Below are positions 8,569-17,528 of a stretch of 32,000 nt of DNA, piece after piece. Numbering within the stretch: the first letter of the stretch is position 1; each line of letters begins with the position of its first letter. This stretch comes from Promethearchaeum syntrophicum (GTDB lineage Archaea; Asgardarchaeota; Lokiarchaeia; Sigyniarchaeales; Promethearchaeaceae): positions 2,460,001 to 2,492,000 of the forward strand of contig NZ_CP042905.2 in assembly GCF_008000775.2 (NCBI RefSeq), in the 5' to 3' direction. Made by a program: the position numbers and the translations under genes. The notes under the pieces were generated by a model. The model had not been told where the DNA came from, did no database searches, and saw only the letters and a program-made list of their open reading frames with translations.

Positions 8569-9663
8569 CTATTTAACATCTAAATGAAGAACTTTTTGAG
8601 ATTTATTTACTCCAGATTCATAACCACGCTCTTTTTTGAATTTATCGCGTAAAGATTGAAAGACTAACGTCAAAGGAAGATTAACGGGGCAATTACTTTG
8701 ACAACGCCCACATTCTACACATGTATCTCCAACATGTGTAAACCTAGTCATAACAAATGAAACTTTATCCATTGTTTTCGCTCGAACTTGTTCTGTTAGG
8801 TTACAAACAGTGCAGAAGCAAACGGGGCAAGATTTTACACACATTCCACAACCTGTGCATTTAATGAATAAATTAAATCTATCTTCATTTGCTAAAAATT
8901 CCGAAAGTTCTTTTTCTCTAGTTGCTGTGCAGTTTAAAATAATATCTTCAGCTTCTTTTTCATACTGCGCATTCAGCTTCTCATCAATTATTTTATCTTG
9001 CCATTTCAGTTTTTCAATTATATTTTTAGCTCGCGAGCTTTGCGCAGTTAATATATAATCTTCAGATTTTTCAAATATGGTATAGGTTCCAATGAGAAAA
9101 TCAGCTAATGGATGGCTTTTTTGAATGCACCGAGTGCAGTTATCTGTTATTTTTACGTCAGGTCCTAATGGAATTTTGATATTTTTGCCTTTTTTCATTT
9201 TCAAGATTAATTCTGTGGGAGTTAGCCATTCATGAGCAATATTAGATTCATCAATATTGTTTTTCTTAAAATTTTTTGTGAGATATTTATTGGGGATGTA
9301 GCCCACATCATGAAAAGAAATAATAAATAGGTTCTCCAAGTTTACTTGCATTTTTTTATCTAATTCAATCAGAGCTCTAACGTCGCAAGCTCTTCCGATT
9401 ACTCCTATTTTAGTATTTAAAGATTCTTTTGTGTGCAGAAGTGAATTTGAGGCAGAATCAGTACGGGAATATCCATATACAAGTAATTGGGATAAAGGGA
9501 ATTCATCTATTTCCGCTGGGTTCGTAACGTATTTTGGTATGATTGCAAAGCGATTTCTCTTCTTTTCTCCAGAGAGAATCTTATCAACTATCTTTTCTTT
9601 TAAGAGATGCTTGAGTAATTGCTGGAAATCACTTTTATTGATCGTGTATCGTTGAAATTCCAT
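8569..9663 (-). CDS. FrhB/FdhB-like (coenzyme F420 hydrogenase/dehydrogenase beta-type) protein with 4Fe-4S / HdrC-like Cys motifs
   Basis: 364 aa; GRACDVRALIEL, then KCTGCGMCVKSCPVCFCTVC and DTCVECGRCQSNCPVNLPLTLVF. Confidence 0.75.
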   Translation of the reverse strand: MEFQRYTINKSDFQQLLKHLLKEKIVDKILSGEKKRNRFAIIPKYVTNPAEIDEFPLSQLLVYGYSRTDSASNSLLHTKESLNTKIGVIGRACDVRALIELDKKMQVNLENLFIISFHDVGYIPNKYLTKNFKKNNIDESNIAHEWLTPTELILKMKKGKNIKIPLGPDVKITDNCTRCIQKSHPLADFLIGTYTIFEKSEDYILTAQSSRAKNIIEKLKWQDKIIDEKLNAQYEKEAEDIILNCTATREKELSEFLANEDRFNLFIKCTGCGMCVKSCPVCFCTVCNLTEQVRAKTMDKVSFVMTRFTHVGDTCVECGRCQSNCPVNLPLTLVFQSLRDKFKKERGYESGVNKSQKVLHLDVK

Positions 9664-9792
9664 TATTTTTAATCAGCTTTTGATTGTTTAAATATATTTT
9701 TTTATTGTAAGGATAAGTAAATCAAAATTTAATTTAGCTATCCCTAAATAAAATTGAAATATTGTAAGAACAAATTTAGATGCGAATTTGGT

Positions 9793-10335
9793 TTAAAAGC
9801 TATAATCTATGGGACATTTACCTGATATTTCTTTAATTTCACAATTTTCACACGTTCTAGAGGAAGTTCTGTAATGTAAAATTCCAATAGGGATTATAAG
9901 GATTGAAATACAAATAAAAACAACAATTAATTTAAAAATTTCTGGGAGATTGATGGTTAAATAAAGAAAAATGATAATAAAACCGCTACCTGTTCCCATT
10001 AAAAATTTCTGAATTATTTTTACGGATTTCTTTTCTGTTATTGAAGTTAAGCTTAATAATTGAGCAAGCGAGAATATGATTCCGATGATTAAAATTGGAA
10101 TTAAATTAAAAGATTTGTGATCATATAATATTTTAGTTAATATGATGGTTAAAAGTGCTGATGGATAACCAATAAAACATCCAATACATAATCTAAACTT
10201 GCCAATATTGATTGTATGGTTTTCATACCTTTCACAAGGAGGATGATGAGATAATAACATCGGAGCAACAGCTTTGAAACCTTGTTGAATATCAGCCCAA
10301 ATCTCCCGAATTTTATCTTTTTTCTCTTTCTTCAA
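9793..10335 (-). CDS. DUF2085-like small membrane protein
   Basis: 180 aa; SHHPPCERYENHTINIGKFRLCIGCFIGYP followed by several TM helices. TTG start in the track. Confidence 0.6.
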   Translation of the reverse strand: MKKEKKDKIREIWADIQQGFKAVAPMLLSHHPPCERYENHTINIGKFRLCIGCFIGYPSALLTIILTKILYDHKSFNLIPILIIGIIFSLAQLLSLTSITEKKSVKIIQKFLMGTGSGFIIIFLYLTINLPEIFKLIVVFICISILIIPIGILHYRTSSRTCENCEIKEISGKCPIDYSF

Positions 10336-10471
10336 TATTTATCAGCACTGAAACTATTATATAAGCTATAATTCTCAATACTTTAAAAGACCAATAGTTC
10401 TAATAATATTAATATAAATAATAAAAAATTCTTTCTTATTTTCCACCAAGAAATAATAAAAAAAGAAGTGT

Positions 10472-13400
10472 TCATTTATTTTGTTCTAATTGATCTTCAA
10501 CAATTTTATCGGAATCTTCAAGAAAAGTTATTTTTGATTGGTTTTTTAAATCATCTTCAGTCATCTTTTCTTTAATTTCCTGTTGTTCTTCCAATTTGTT
10601 TCCATATTTTTTTGATACTACACTTGCTAAACCAATTGAAATACCAATTAACAAAGCGATAGTAAGATATGGTGCTAGTGTCGAGTAAACCTTAATTGAC
10701 AACATATTGCTTGATATTATATTTCCATAGATATCGATTATTTCTATAAAATAATCAACTTCAGAATCTACGTTCTCAAAATTCGAAAGAGTTATTGAAA
10801 AGTTTTCATCATTTTCCCTTGAATAGGTAGTTTTAGCACGCCATCCGCCATTTTGAGAGAATACAACACGAATCTTCTGTATTGGATTATTATCAAATGC
10901 TGCTATATCAAGATTTATTTGAATTTCATCATAATCATGATTTTGGATTGATTTTATCTCAGAAATTTCAGGTAATACATGATCCAAATACATAGAATCG
11001 TTAGCATAGAATTTACGAGGGATATTTTCTAAAATTTGCGTGTTAGTGGAAATTTCAAAATCATCATACATTCCCCACAACTTACAATTACCAGGATTTG
11101 AATTCTTTATACTTTCAACTTGTATTTGATATTTGAGTTCAAAATTACCATTAGGAATAGTTGGAAAGAAGAAATGTTTTCCTGATGATAATATGTCATG
11201 TGAAATTTCAGAATCATCTGTAAAACCAGATACTTCTATTGAATCTTCCAAAAATGCAGTTCCAGCAGGAATTTCATCATCGAGTGCGTAAAATTGCATC
11301 AACTCTCCATCATTGGTTATGTTAATTGAAACAGTTAAAATATCTCCCGGAATTAAATTCGAGTATTTTGAGATTAGTTTTGACAGAAATATATCCTCAT
11401 TTTCACTACTTCTAATTGTTTTTGTCAAAAATGATACATAATAACCTTCATTAATATTTAAGGAGCTTGAAACCGAATTTTCGCTAATAATTACGTTAAC
11501 GGGACCTAAAGTCTTGTGGAAGAGTTGACGAGAGGTCGAATTGTCAAACGGATTTAGGAATTCTATAAATCCCGATACACTGATTCCATCAATACTGAAT
11601 ATTCCTTCATGATTTGGTGCTTTCAGACCAAAAAGAAGGCGATCTCCATCAATAAGAATAGGTGCATTTATTGTGTAGACAGAACTAGGATTAGTTATGT
11701 TCTCGGGAATACCAATAATTGAGACTTTTGTATCCATCAAAGGCATTCTGGGATCAATTCCTGTAAAATTGACATCTAGATAGAAATTTTCATTCGGTTT
11801 TGCCTCAATTGTTTCAGGAATTTCAACTAATGGATTTGATCTAAGAATTTGAATTGAATTCAATATATATGAAATCTGACCAGTTCCATTTAATGTAATA
11901 TTTATTGAATTTGTTCCATAATCAATCAGATTTGAAAGACTAAATTGAATCTCATTTGGTTGATGGCTTGACTCAGTGAAATTTAGCTCATATTGCGGAA
12001 TTTCCGCATTATTTACATTAATTGTAGCGTTTCCTTCAAAATCCACAAGTTCAATTGAAGTTGTAATATTTTTTATTGCAGTTAAGCTGTTTATTGCTGC
12101 GCTTGTATCTGCAGTAGTCATCCAACCCCAATTATTACGTTTTTCAATTATAAATTGAACTGCTTTTTTTATAAGGGGATAATTCAGGGAGAAATCATCT
12201 ATTGAAAGAGCCCAAGCTGCGTAAGATGTAATTTCAACATTGTTGCCTAAATTTCTCCAGTACCAATATTCCTCTTGAGGTTTATCCCAATAAATAGTAT
12301 TTTGAGCTACAATATAACTGTTTTTCAAGAAATCTATTAAATTACTATTAAAAGTCATATTTTCATAATAAGTACCAGCCGTAGCGATATATAATAATGC
12401 TGCACCGTAAGAACTTCGATTATTTGGAGACTCCCATAATGTTTCTAATCTGCTTAGAGCTAAATTGATAGAATCATCCATTTCTCCTGTAATTTCTGAT
12501 GAAGCCAGTAAACTTTTTAAAATTAATGAAGTTGATTCAAATTCATTTGCAGAATAATATTGAAATTCCCAACTTCCACTAGCATCTTGTTGATTAAGTA
12601 AATGACTTATACCATTATTGAGCACATAACTATTGATTTTAAATCCCAATTCATTAATTTGATTTAACGCATACAAAACAATGGATGTCATTAATACTGT
12701 AGATTGGTCATCCTCCCACCAACCCCATCCTCCATCAGAGTGCTGAAATCCATATACTCGATTTATACCGCTCAAAATCATATTATTAATTTCGTTTTCT
12801 AACCCTTCGGAAAGCTGATCCGTATAGAGGAGATATTTATAAATTAACGCTGTTGGAAGTAATTTTGAGATTGTTTGCTCAATGCAACCATAGGGATATC
12901 CGATTAATGACGACCAACTTTCAATTGAAACATCCATAAGGTCAGTATAAATTGCGAGTGTTTCTTTATGATATATAGCCATCGGATCCAAAGTATAATT
13001 TAATATCGTGGACCCATCAGATGCATTTAGAAACCCGACCGTCCTATTTCTAATTTCAATTCCGTTTGGTTCTATATAAATTGATAACTGTTTTGCATCA
13101 GAATAGAGAGTTCCAGATATATTTGTTGCAGCCAATAGAGTTATTTCCTGCAAAAAGGGTTCATCACAATAAACTGAAAATTCAACTTCAGAAACAAATC
13201 CATTTGGGATCATTAGTTCTTGAACATCTCGATTGAGCACTGTAAAACCAGTTGAATTAATTGCTATTGTAGCATAGATATCTTGACCTATATAATTATA
13301 TACATACCCTTTAATCGTTAAAATGTCATCTTGAATTACAGGTTGAGGTATATCAAATTCGATAAAGAAGGGTAAAAATGTTTTTATCTGAAGGGTTTCT

Positions 13401-16400
13401 ATATTTCCCCAAAATACAGAACCATCTTCACCCAATCCATTCCCTACAACTCTAATTGTCCATTCACCTATATTTTCTGGAAGATGAAAAGTTAAATTAA
13501 CTGGTTCTGAAATTATCATTGAAGGTATCCAATTTGCAGATTCGGAAATGTTTTTTCTGATATCCGTATCAAAACTTAATAAAAGATCATCAAAAGTGGG
13601 TGGATCTCGTGATTTTTCCCCACCAGCAAAATTTTCTGATCCATCCGTCATTTCATAAACTAGTTCACCTTCAGCTAAACGATAGTTATAATAATACCAT
13701 ATTCCTCCAGTATTGTAATCGTAATCAATCCACCAATAAGAATCCTTATCAAACCCATTTCCCCAAGAACTTGCTGAGCTTATATAAGCACCATATGAAT
13801 GTATTTTAAAGTATGCTAATTCAGAGTCATCTTCAGGTTCTACATCCAAAACACTGCTATCAATAAATGAAATTGATAATAGGGTAGTTGAATTATTCTC
13901 TGGAGTAATTGTCAAAGTCATATCATCCCCCGGTTCATATACTTCCTTATCTGCAGTTAATGTAAATCCTGAATCATAAAGGACTTTAAAAATCAAGACA
14001 TCCTCATAGAGTTTTCCCGATTGTGAAATCGTATAAACCATTACGGTAAAATCTGGACCATATTCACCAATAATTGGAAGAGAATATAAAAATTCACCTT
14101 CTCCATTAACAATTAGTGGAACTGAAAAAGAAAGCCCCCGTTTATAAATTTCTAAATATACAGGAAGGTTCGTTGAAACATCTGTTATCCCGGAAATTTC
14201 AACAATCTCACCTATTGCAACATCAATTGAGTATTTGTTTTCGCTTGTAGATTTATTTGAAGTAATAGATATTGAATTTGAAGTTCCCACTTCAAATGTT
14301 TTATGTTCTGAATTATAATAGAAACCTCCGTAAAAGAAATTAGAACGAGAATAAACATAGCTATAAATATAATAGGTTCCATTAGGTGAAAAATGTGAAA
14401 TAGGAACTTCAAAGTCTTCAGTTCCTGTCAGTTCTAATGTCGCTTGTCCTATTAATTGGTGATCAGACTGGTAGATATATATTCTCCCCTCTCCAGTTTG
14501 ATCTTCTCCAGTTAATGTATCAGTATATGATGCAGAAAATGTAAAATTTTCTCCTTGATTCAAAGATTCCGTTTGGATATCTATATCTAAGCTATATTTT
14601 CTATATCTAAAATAAGTAGAAGATTCAGTTTCACGGCCATCATTAAGAGTAATTATAATACGAATCTCAAAGAAATGATACGATTCCATGTCACTAAATG
14701 GCAAATTGAATTCTAATTCGCCCCCCCCATAAATATTTGTTGATGCAAAGTGCGTTTGGAGTAATTCTTTAGTAGTAATTTCTGTAATTATTATTGGATA
14801 TTCACGAACACCGTAGATCTCAATTTGTGTTGAAACATTCATTAACGGATTATATTCATAATTCCACCAACCATCATTATCAGGACTCGCAAGAAATTGA
14901 TATGCATAAAAATAATATTCTAAAGATTCATTAGGTTTAGGTGCCCAATCCGAAAGGTATCCATAGGAGTAAATTTCTTCAAATCGTGAGAAATACCTTT
15001 CAGTACCTGCCTCCCTCCCATAGATGTCAGTTACTTCCGCTTGAACACTAAAACTATAATCAAGATCATCAATAGAATTTAGATTTATTAAGAAGTAAAA
15101 CTGACCTTCGCCATTGGTTCTGCCGGAAATATTGAATTTATTTTCCCCTGAGTAATCTTTTATAATTAAATCAACAGATGCATCAACAACTGGTTGTCCG
15201 AAATAATAAGCTACATCTACACTCCCTGTAAATATTATTTTACTCGGAAAAAATTTCCTTTTTTCTGGATAGTAATCTTTTCCATTAGTATTAATGTTTA
15301 CTCGAAATACAGGTTTAGTATAATGCTCAACCTTAATATTATAACGAAATATGTTTCCAGCTAAATTAAATTCTACCCCATATATACCTAGTTCACAATC
15401 GTTATCAAGAGGAATATCAAATTTTAAAACACCATTATTATCAGTTAAAATTGTCGTCCAAAAGAAGGCAAGCTCACTTGGATTCAAAATAGTGAGATTA
15501 ACAGGTGTATTTCTTAAAGCGATTCGTGATTCTTCCATATATGAATATTCTAAAACCAAAGAACGAAGATGTATTGTTTCTCCTGGATTATAAATTGTTT
15601 TATCAGTAGATACGATATACTGGATCGGGTTTTGATTTGTTTTTTGTTGACCATTCCATAAACTATAGTAGTAATAATCCCAAGATTTGTAAATAAAAGT
15701 AGTAAATTTTGTTTCTGCTTCTATCATTTGGATTGTGAGTTTAAGAGAACTATAATAACTCGATAAAAATTCTTCCTCTTGTGGAATTACCGAATCTATT
15801 ATCCCATACCCATTATTATCAGTTTGGATTAGATTTGTGCTAAAATCTACCCAAGTGGTATTTCCAAAATCATAATATGAAAATGTAAAACTAAAATTAG
15901 CAAATGGCATTGGAGAGAAATCAGTTAGGTCCACTAGCTGAACTGCAGCTCTGTATTCTTGATTGGTACTATAATAATTTGGCCCTTTACAAAAAATACC
16001 GGTATTTCCTACTGTAAACTCTTTATAAGTCTGCTGTTCATCGACATAGGCAAAAATTGTGTATAATCCCTCGGAAGAAGCAGTATAAGTAATCGATGCT
16101 TGACCTAGACTATTAGTATATACTTCTTTTTGATATATCGGATTACTAACTTCATAATAATTCGTATACCAATAATAATCGCTTCTGAAATAATCGTTGT
16201 AAATCTCGATTACAATCCTTTCATTATTTGCTGCTGTTAAATTTTCTAAAAGGAATAGATTTATTTCGATTTGTTCCCCGATAGATACCGCACTTTTATA
16301 TAAATTAAGTGTTAGAGCAAAATTATTGAAATTTTCTTGATAGGAAGATTTCGGAGTGATTTCATCCAAATCCTCCTTCTTTTCGTTTTCATCTACCATC

Positions 16401-16603
16401 AAAGGTGATGATCGATCCAAGGGAAAATGAAATGGAGAAGAGTGTGATTCTTCAGTTGTTTTAGAATTTATAAAAGATTCAGGTGTTTCTTCAGAAGGAG
16501 TACTATTAGAAACTCCAAGGCCGGTAATACTTAGCGATGTCAGTTGAAAAGCAAGAATTAATAATAGAAATCCTGCAAATTTTTTCTTTTTTAGAATTTT
16601 CAT
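10472..16603 (-). CDS. Alpha-2-macroglobulin family surface protein, membrane-anchored
   Basis: 2043 aa. N-terminal signal-like segment, MG-like modules, A2M-type region GNGLGEDGSVFWGNIETLQIKTFLPFFIEFDIPQPVIQDDILTIKGYVYNY, thioester motif YPYGCIEQT (codons 12875-12889), GGWGWWEDDQS toroid repeat motif, C-terminal TM LTIALLIGISIGLASVV plus a charged tail. Confidence 0.92.
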   Translation of the reverse strand: MKILKKKKFAGFLLLILAFQLTSLSITGLGVSNSTPSEETPESFINSKTTEESHSSPFHFPLDRSSPLMVDENEKKEDLDEITPKSSYQENFNNFALTLNLYKSAVSIGEQIEINLFLLENLTAANNERIVIEIYNDYFRSDYYWYTNYYEVSNPIYQKEVYTNSLGQASITYTASSEGLYTIFAYVDEQQTYKEFTVGNTGIFCKGPNYYSTNQEYRAAVQLVDLTDFSPMPFANFSFTFSYYDFGNTTWVDFSTNLIQTDNNGYGIIDSVIPQEEEFLSSYYSSLKLTIQMIEAETKFTTFIYKSWDYYYYSLWNGQQKTNQNPIQYIVSTDKTIYNPGETIHLRSLVLEYSYMEESRIALRNTPVNLTILNPSELAFFWTTILTDNNGVLKFDIPLDNDCELGIYGVEFNLAGNIFRYNIKVEHYTKPVFRVNINTNGKDYYPEKRKFFPSKIIFTGSVDVAYYFGQPVVDASVDLIIKDYSGENKFNISGRTNGEGQFYFLINLNSIDDLDYSFSVQAEVTDIYGREAGTERYFSRFEEIYSYGYLSDWAPKPNESLEYYFYAYQFLASPDNDGWWNYEYNPLMNVSTQIEIYGVREYPIIITEITTKELLQTHFASTNIYGGGELEFNLPFSDMESYHFFEIRIIITLNDGRETESSTYFRYRKYSLDIDIQTESLNQGENFTFSASYTDTLTGEDQTGEGRIYIYQSDHQLIGQATLELTGTEDFEVPISHFSPNGTYYIYSYVYSRSNFFYGGFYYNSEHKTFEVGTSNSISITSNKSTSENKYSIDVAIGEIVEISGITDVSTNLPVYLEIYKRGLSFSVPLIVNGEGEFLYSLPIIGEYGPDFTVMVYTISQSGKLYEDVLIFKVLYDSGFTLTADKEVYEPGDDMTLTITPENNSTTLLSISFIDSSVLDVEPEDDSELAYFKIHSYGAYISSASSWGNGFDKDSYWWIDYDYNTGGIWYYYNYRLAEGELVYEMTDGSENFAGGEKSRDPPTFDDLLLSFDTDIRKNISESANWIPSMIISEPVNLTFHLPENIGEWTIRVVGNGLGEDGSVFWGNIETLQIKTFLPFFIEFDIPQPVIQDDILTIKGYVYNYIGQDIYATIAINSTGFTVLNRDVQELMIPNGFVSEVEFSVYCDEPFLQEITLLAATNISGTLYSDAKQLSIYIEPNGIEIRNRTVGFLNASDGSTILNYTLDPMAIYHKETLAIYTDLMDVSIESWSSLIGYPYGCIEQTISKLLPTALIYKYLLYTDQLSEGLENEINNMILSGINRVYGFQHSDGGWGWWEDDQSTVLMTSIVLYALNQINELGFKINSYVLNNGISHLLNQQDASGSWEFQYYSANEFESTSLILKSLLASSEITGEMDDSINLALSRLETLWESPNNRSSYGAALLYIATAGTYYENMTFNSNLIDFLKNSYIVAQNTIYWDKPQEEYWYWRNLGNNVEITSYAAWALSIDDFSLNYPLIKKAVQFIIEKRNNWGWMTTADTSAAINSLTAIKNITTSIELVDFEGNATINVNNAEIPQYELNFTESSHQPNEIQFSLSNLIDYGTNSINITLNGTGQISYILNSIQILRSNPLVEIPETIEAKPNENFYLDVNFTGIDPRMPLMDTKVSIIGIPENITNPSSVYTINAPILIDGDRLLFGLKAPNHEGIFSIDGISVSGFIEFLNPFDNSTSRQLFHKTLGPVNVIISENSVSSSLNINEGYYVSFLTKTIRSSENEDIFLSKLISKYSNLIPGDILTVSINITNDGELMQFYALDDEIPAGTAFLEDSIEVSGFTDDSEISHDILSSGKHFFFPTIPNGNFELKYQIQVESIKNSNPGNCKLWGMYDDFEISTNTQILENIPRKFYANDSMYLDHVLPEISEIKSIQNHDYDEIQINLDIAAFDNNPIQKIRVVFSQNGGWRAKTTYSRENDENFSITLSNFENVDSEVDYFIEIIDIYGNIISSNMLSIKVYSTLAPYLTIALLIGISIGLASVVSKKYGNKLEEQQEIKEKMTEDDLKNQSKITFLEDSDKIVEDQLEQNK

Positions 16604-16728
16604 ATTTTCTCAACAAAAGTAATCTATACAAAATTCAAGGATTTACATTCATTTTATACTACAGTTTAGAACATTAGGAAAAACCTCAAAACAGTAAGAA
16701 AAGGAGATTTTAAAATTGAATTTGTGTG

Positions 16729-17337
16729 CTAAATTGGTCTATTTTTCTGCTGTATAACCACATCGGTCCATAAATAACCCATAATTAATATTCCAAATAA
16801 AATCACAAACGAACTATCGCGATTCCAGAAACGAAATACAAAAATTAAATAACCTAAGAAGAAAATTGAGAAGAAAATAGCAATAAACAACACCCTAGGG
16901 AATAATATTCTTCCAATCAATACCCAAGATGTCAAAACCGGAATATCTGCTTTTCTTTTTAATGTATATACGCCGCTAAGGTTTTCTACCAAATCCAAAT
17001 CTACAAGTTTATCCAAATGATATCGGGCCACACTAGGGGATGATAATTCCAGCTGTCGTTGAAGTTCCCTAACTCCAGTTGATCCTTTATTCAACAATAC
17101 AAAATAAATCATGAGAGTTCTCCCATTTAATTTCTTAACAATTTCCTCATGAGAGAATTTTAGAGTTTTTTTTTTAGTTTTTTTTTTAGTTTTTTTTTTA
17201 GTTTTTTTTTTAGTTTTTTTTTTAGTTTTTTTCTTTTTTCTTATTTGAGGTTTTTTTAGAGATCCAGATACAAGTTCAGTATTATTTTTCACTAACTCTA
17301 AAATATTCAAAAATGTATAAAAAATCTTATCATTCAA
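16729..17337 (-). CDS. Winged-helix (HTH) DNA-binding-like domain protein with two C-terminal TM segments
   Basis: 202 aa; LNGRTLMIYFVLLNKGSTGVRELQRQLELSSPSVARYHLDKLVDLDLVENLSGVYTL looks like an ArsR/MarR-like wHTH, followed by VLFIAIFFSIFFLGYLIFVF and FVILFGILIMGYLW. TTG start. Confidence 0.75.
   Translation of the reverse strand: MNDKIFYTFLNILELVKNNTELVSGSLKKPQIRKKKKTKKKTKKKTKKKTKKKTKKKTLKFSHEEIVKKLNGRTLMIYFVLLNKGSTGVRELQRQLELSSPSVARYHLDKLVDLDLVENLSGVYTLKRKADIPVLTSWVLIGRILFPRVLFIAIFFSIFFLGYLIFVFRFWNRDSSFVILFGILIMGYLWTDVVIQQKNRPI
17164..17235. repeat. 12-bp tandem repeat, 6 copies (plus strand agtttttttttt), encoding (KKKT)n on the minus strand
   Basis: Regular T9-10/AG spacing; translates to KKKTKKKTKKKTKKKTKKKTKKKT. 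Confidence 0.9.
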
Positions 17338-17522
17338 TTAATATCAGAAAAAGATAAACCCTTTATATAACTTTAATCCAAAAATATAGTAATCATATTA
17401 TAAAGTCTCCATAAGTAAAAATCAGCGTTTGAAAAAAAAAACTGCTCCAAGAGTAAAATTTTTATAGAAAAAAATAATTTATAAAAAATCATTTTCTTAT
17501 GGATAATTAAAAATCAATATAT

Positions 17523-17528
17523 AGGTGA
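17523..17528 (+). promoter_or_regulatory. Shine-Dalgarno-like AGGTGA, matched by AGGTGA at 19942-19947 before the paralogue
   Basis: Both paralogous FnIII genes have aggtgaaaaa(a) directly before an NTG-AAA-AAA start. Confidence 0.5.

Noticed and set aside
8232-8579. ORFs 8232..8441 +, 8306..8521 + and 8385..8579 -
   Set aside because: Shadow ORFs of the acidic/Lys-rich 96-aa gene; low-complexity translations.
11976-15593. ORFs 11976..12158 +, 13600..13809 +, 14212..14412 - and 15351..15593 +
   Set aside because: All embedded in the 2043-aa A2M reading frame; no independent support.
17164-17240. Possible CRISPR or terminator array
   Set aside because: 12-bp unit with no spacers and in frame with the wHTH gene, so it is a coding microsatellite-like tract.
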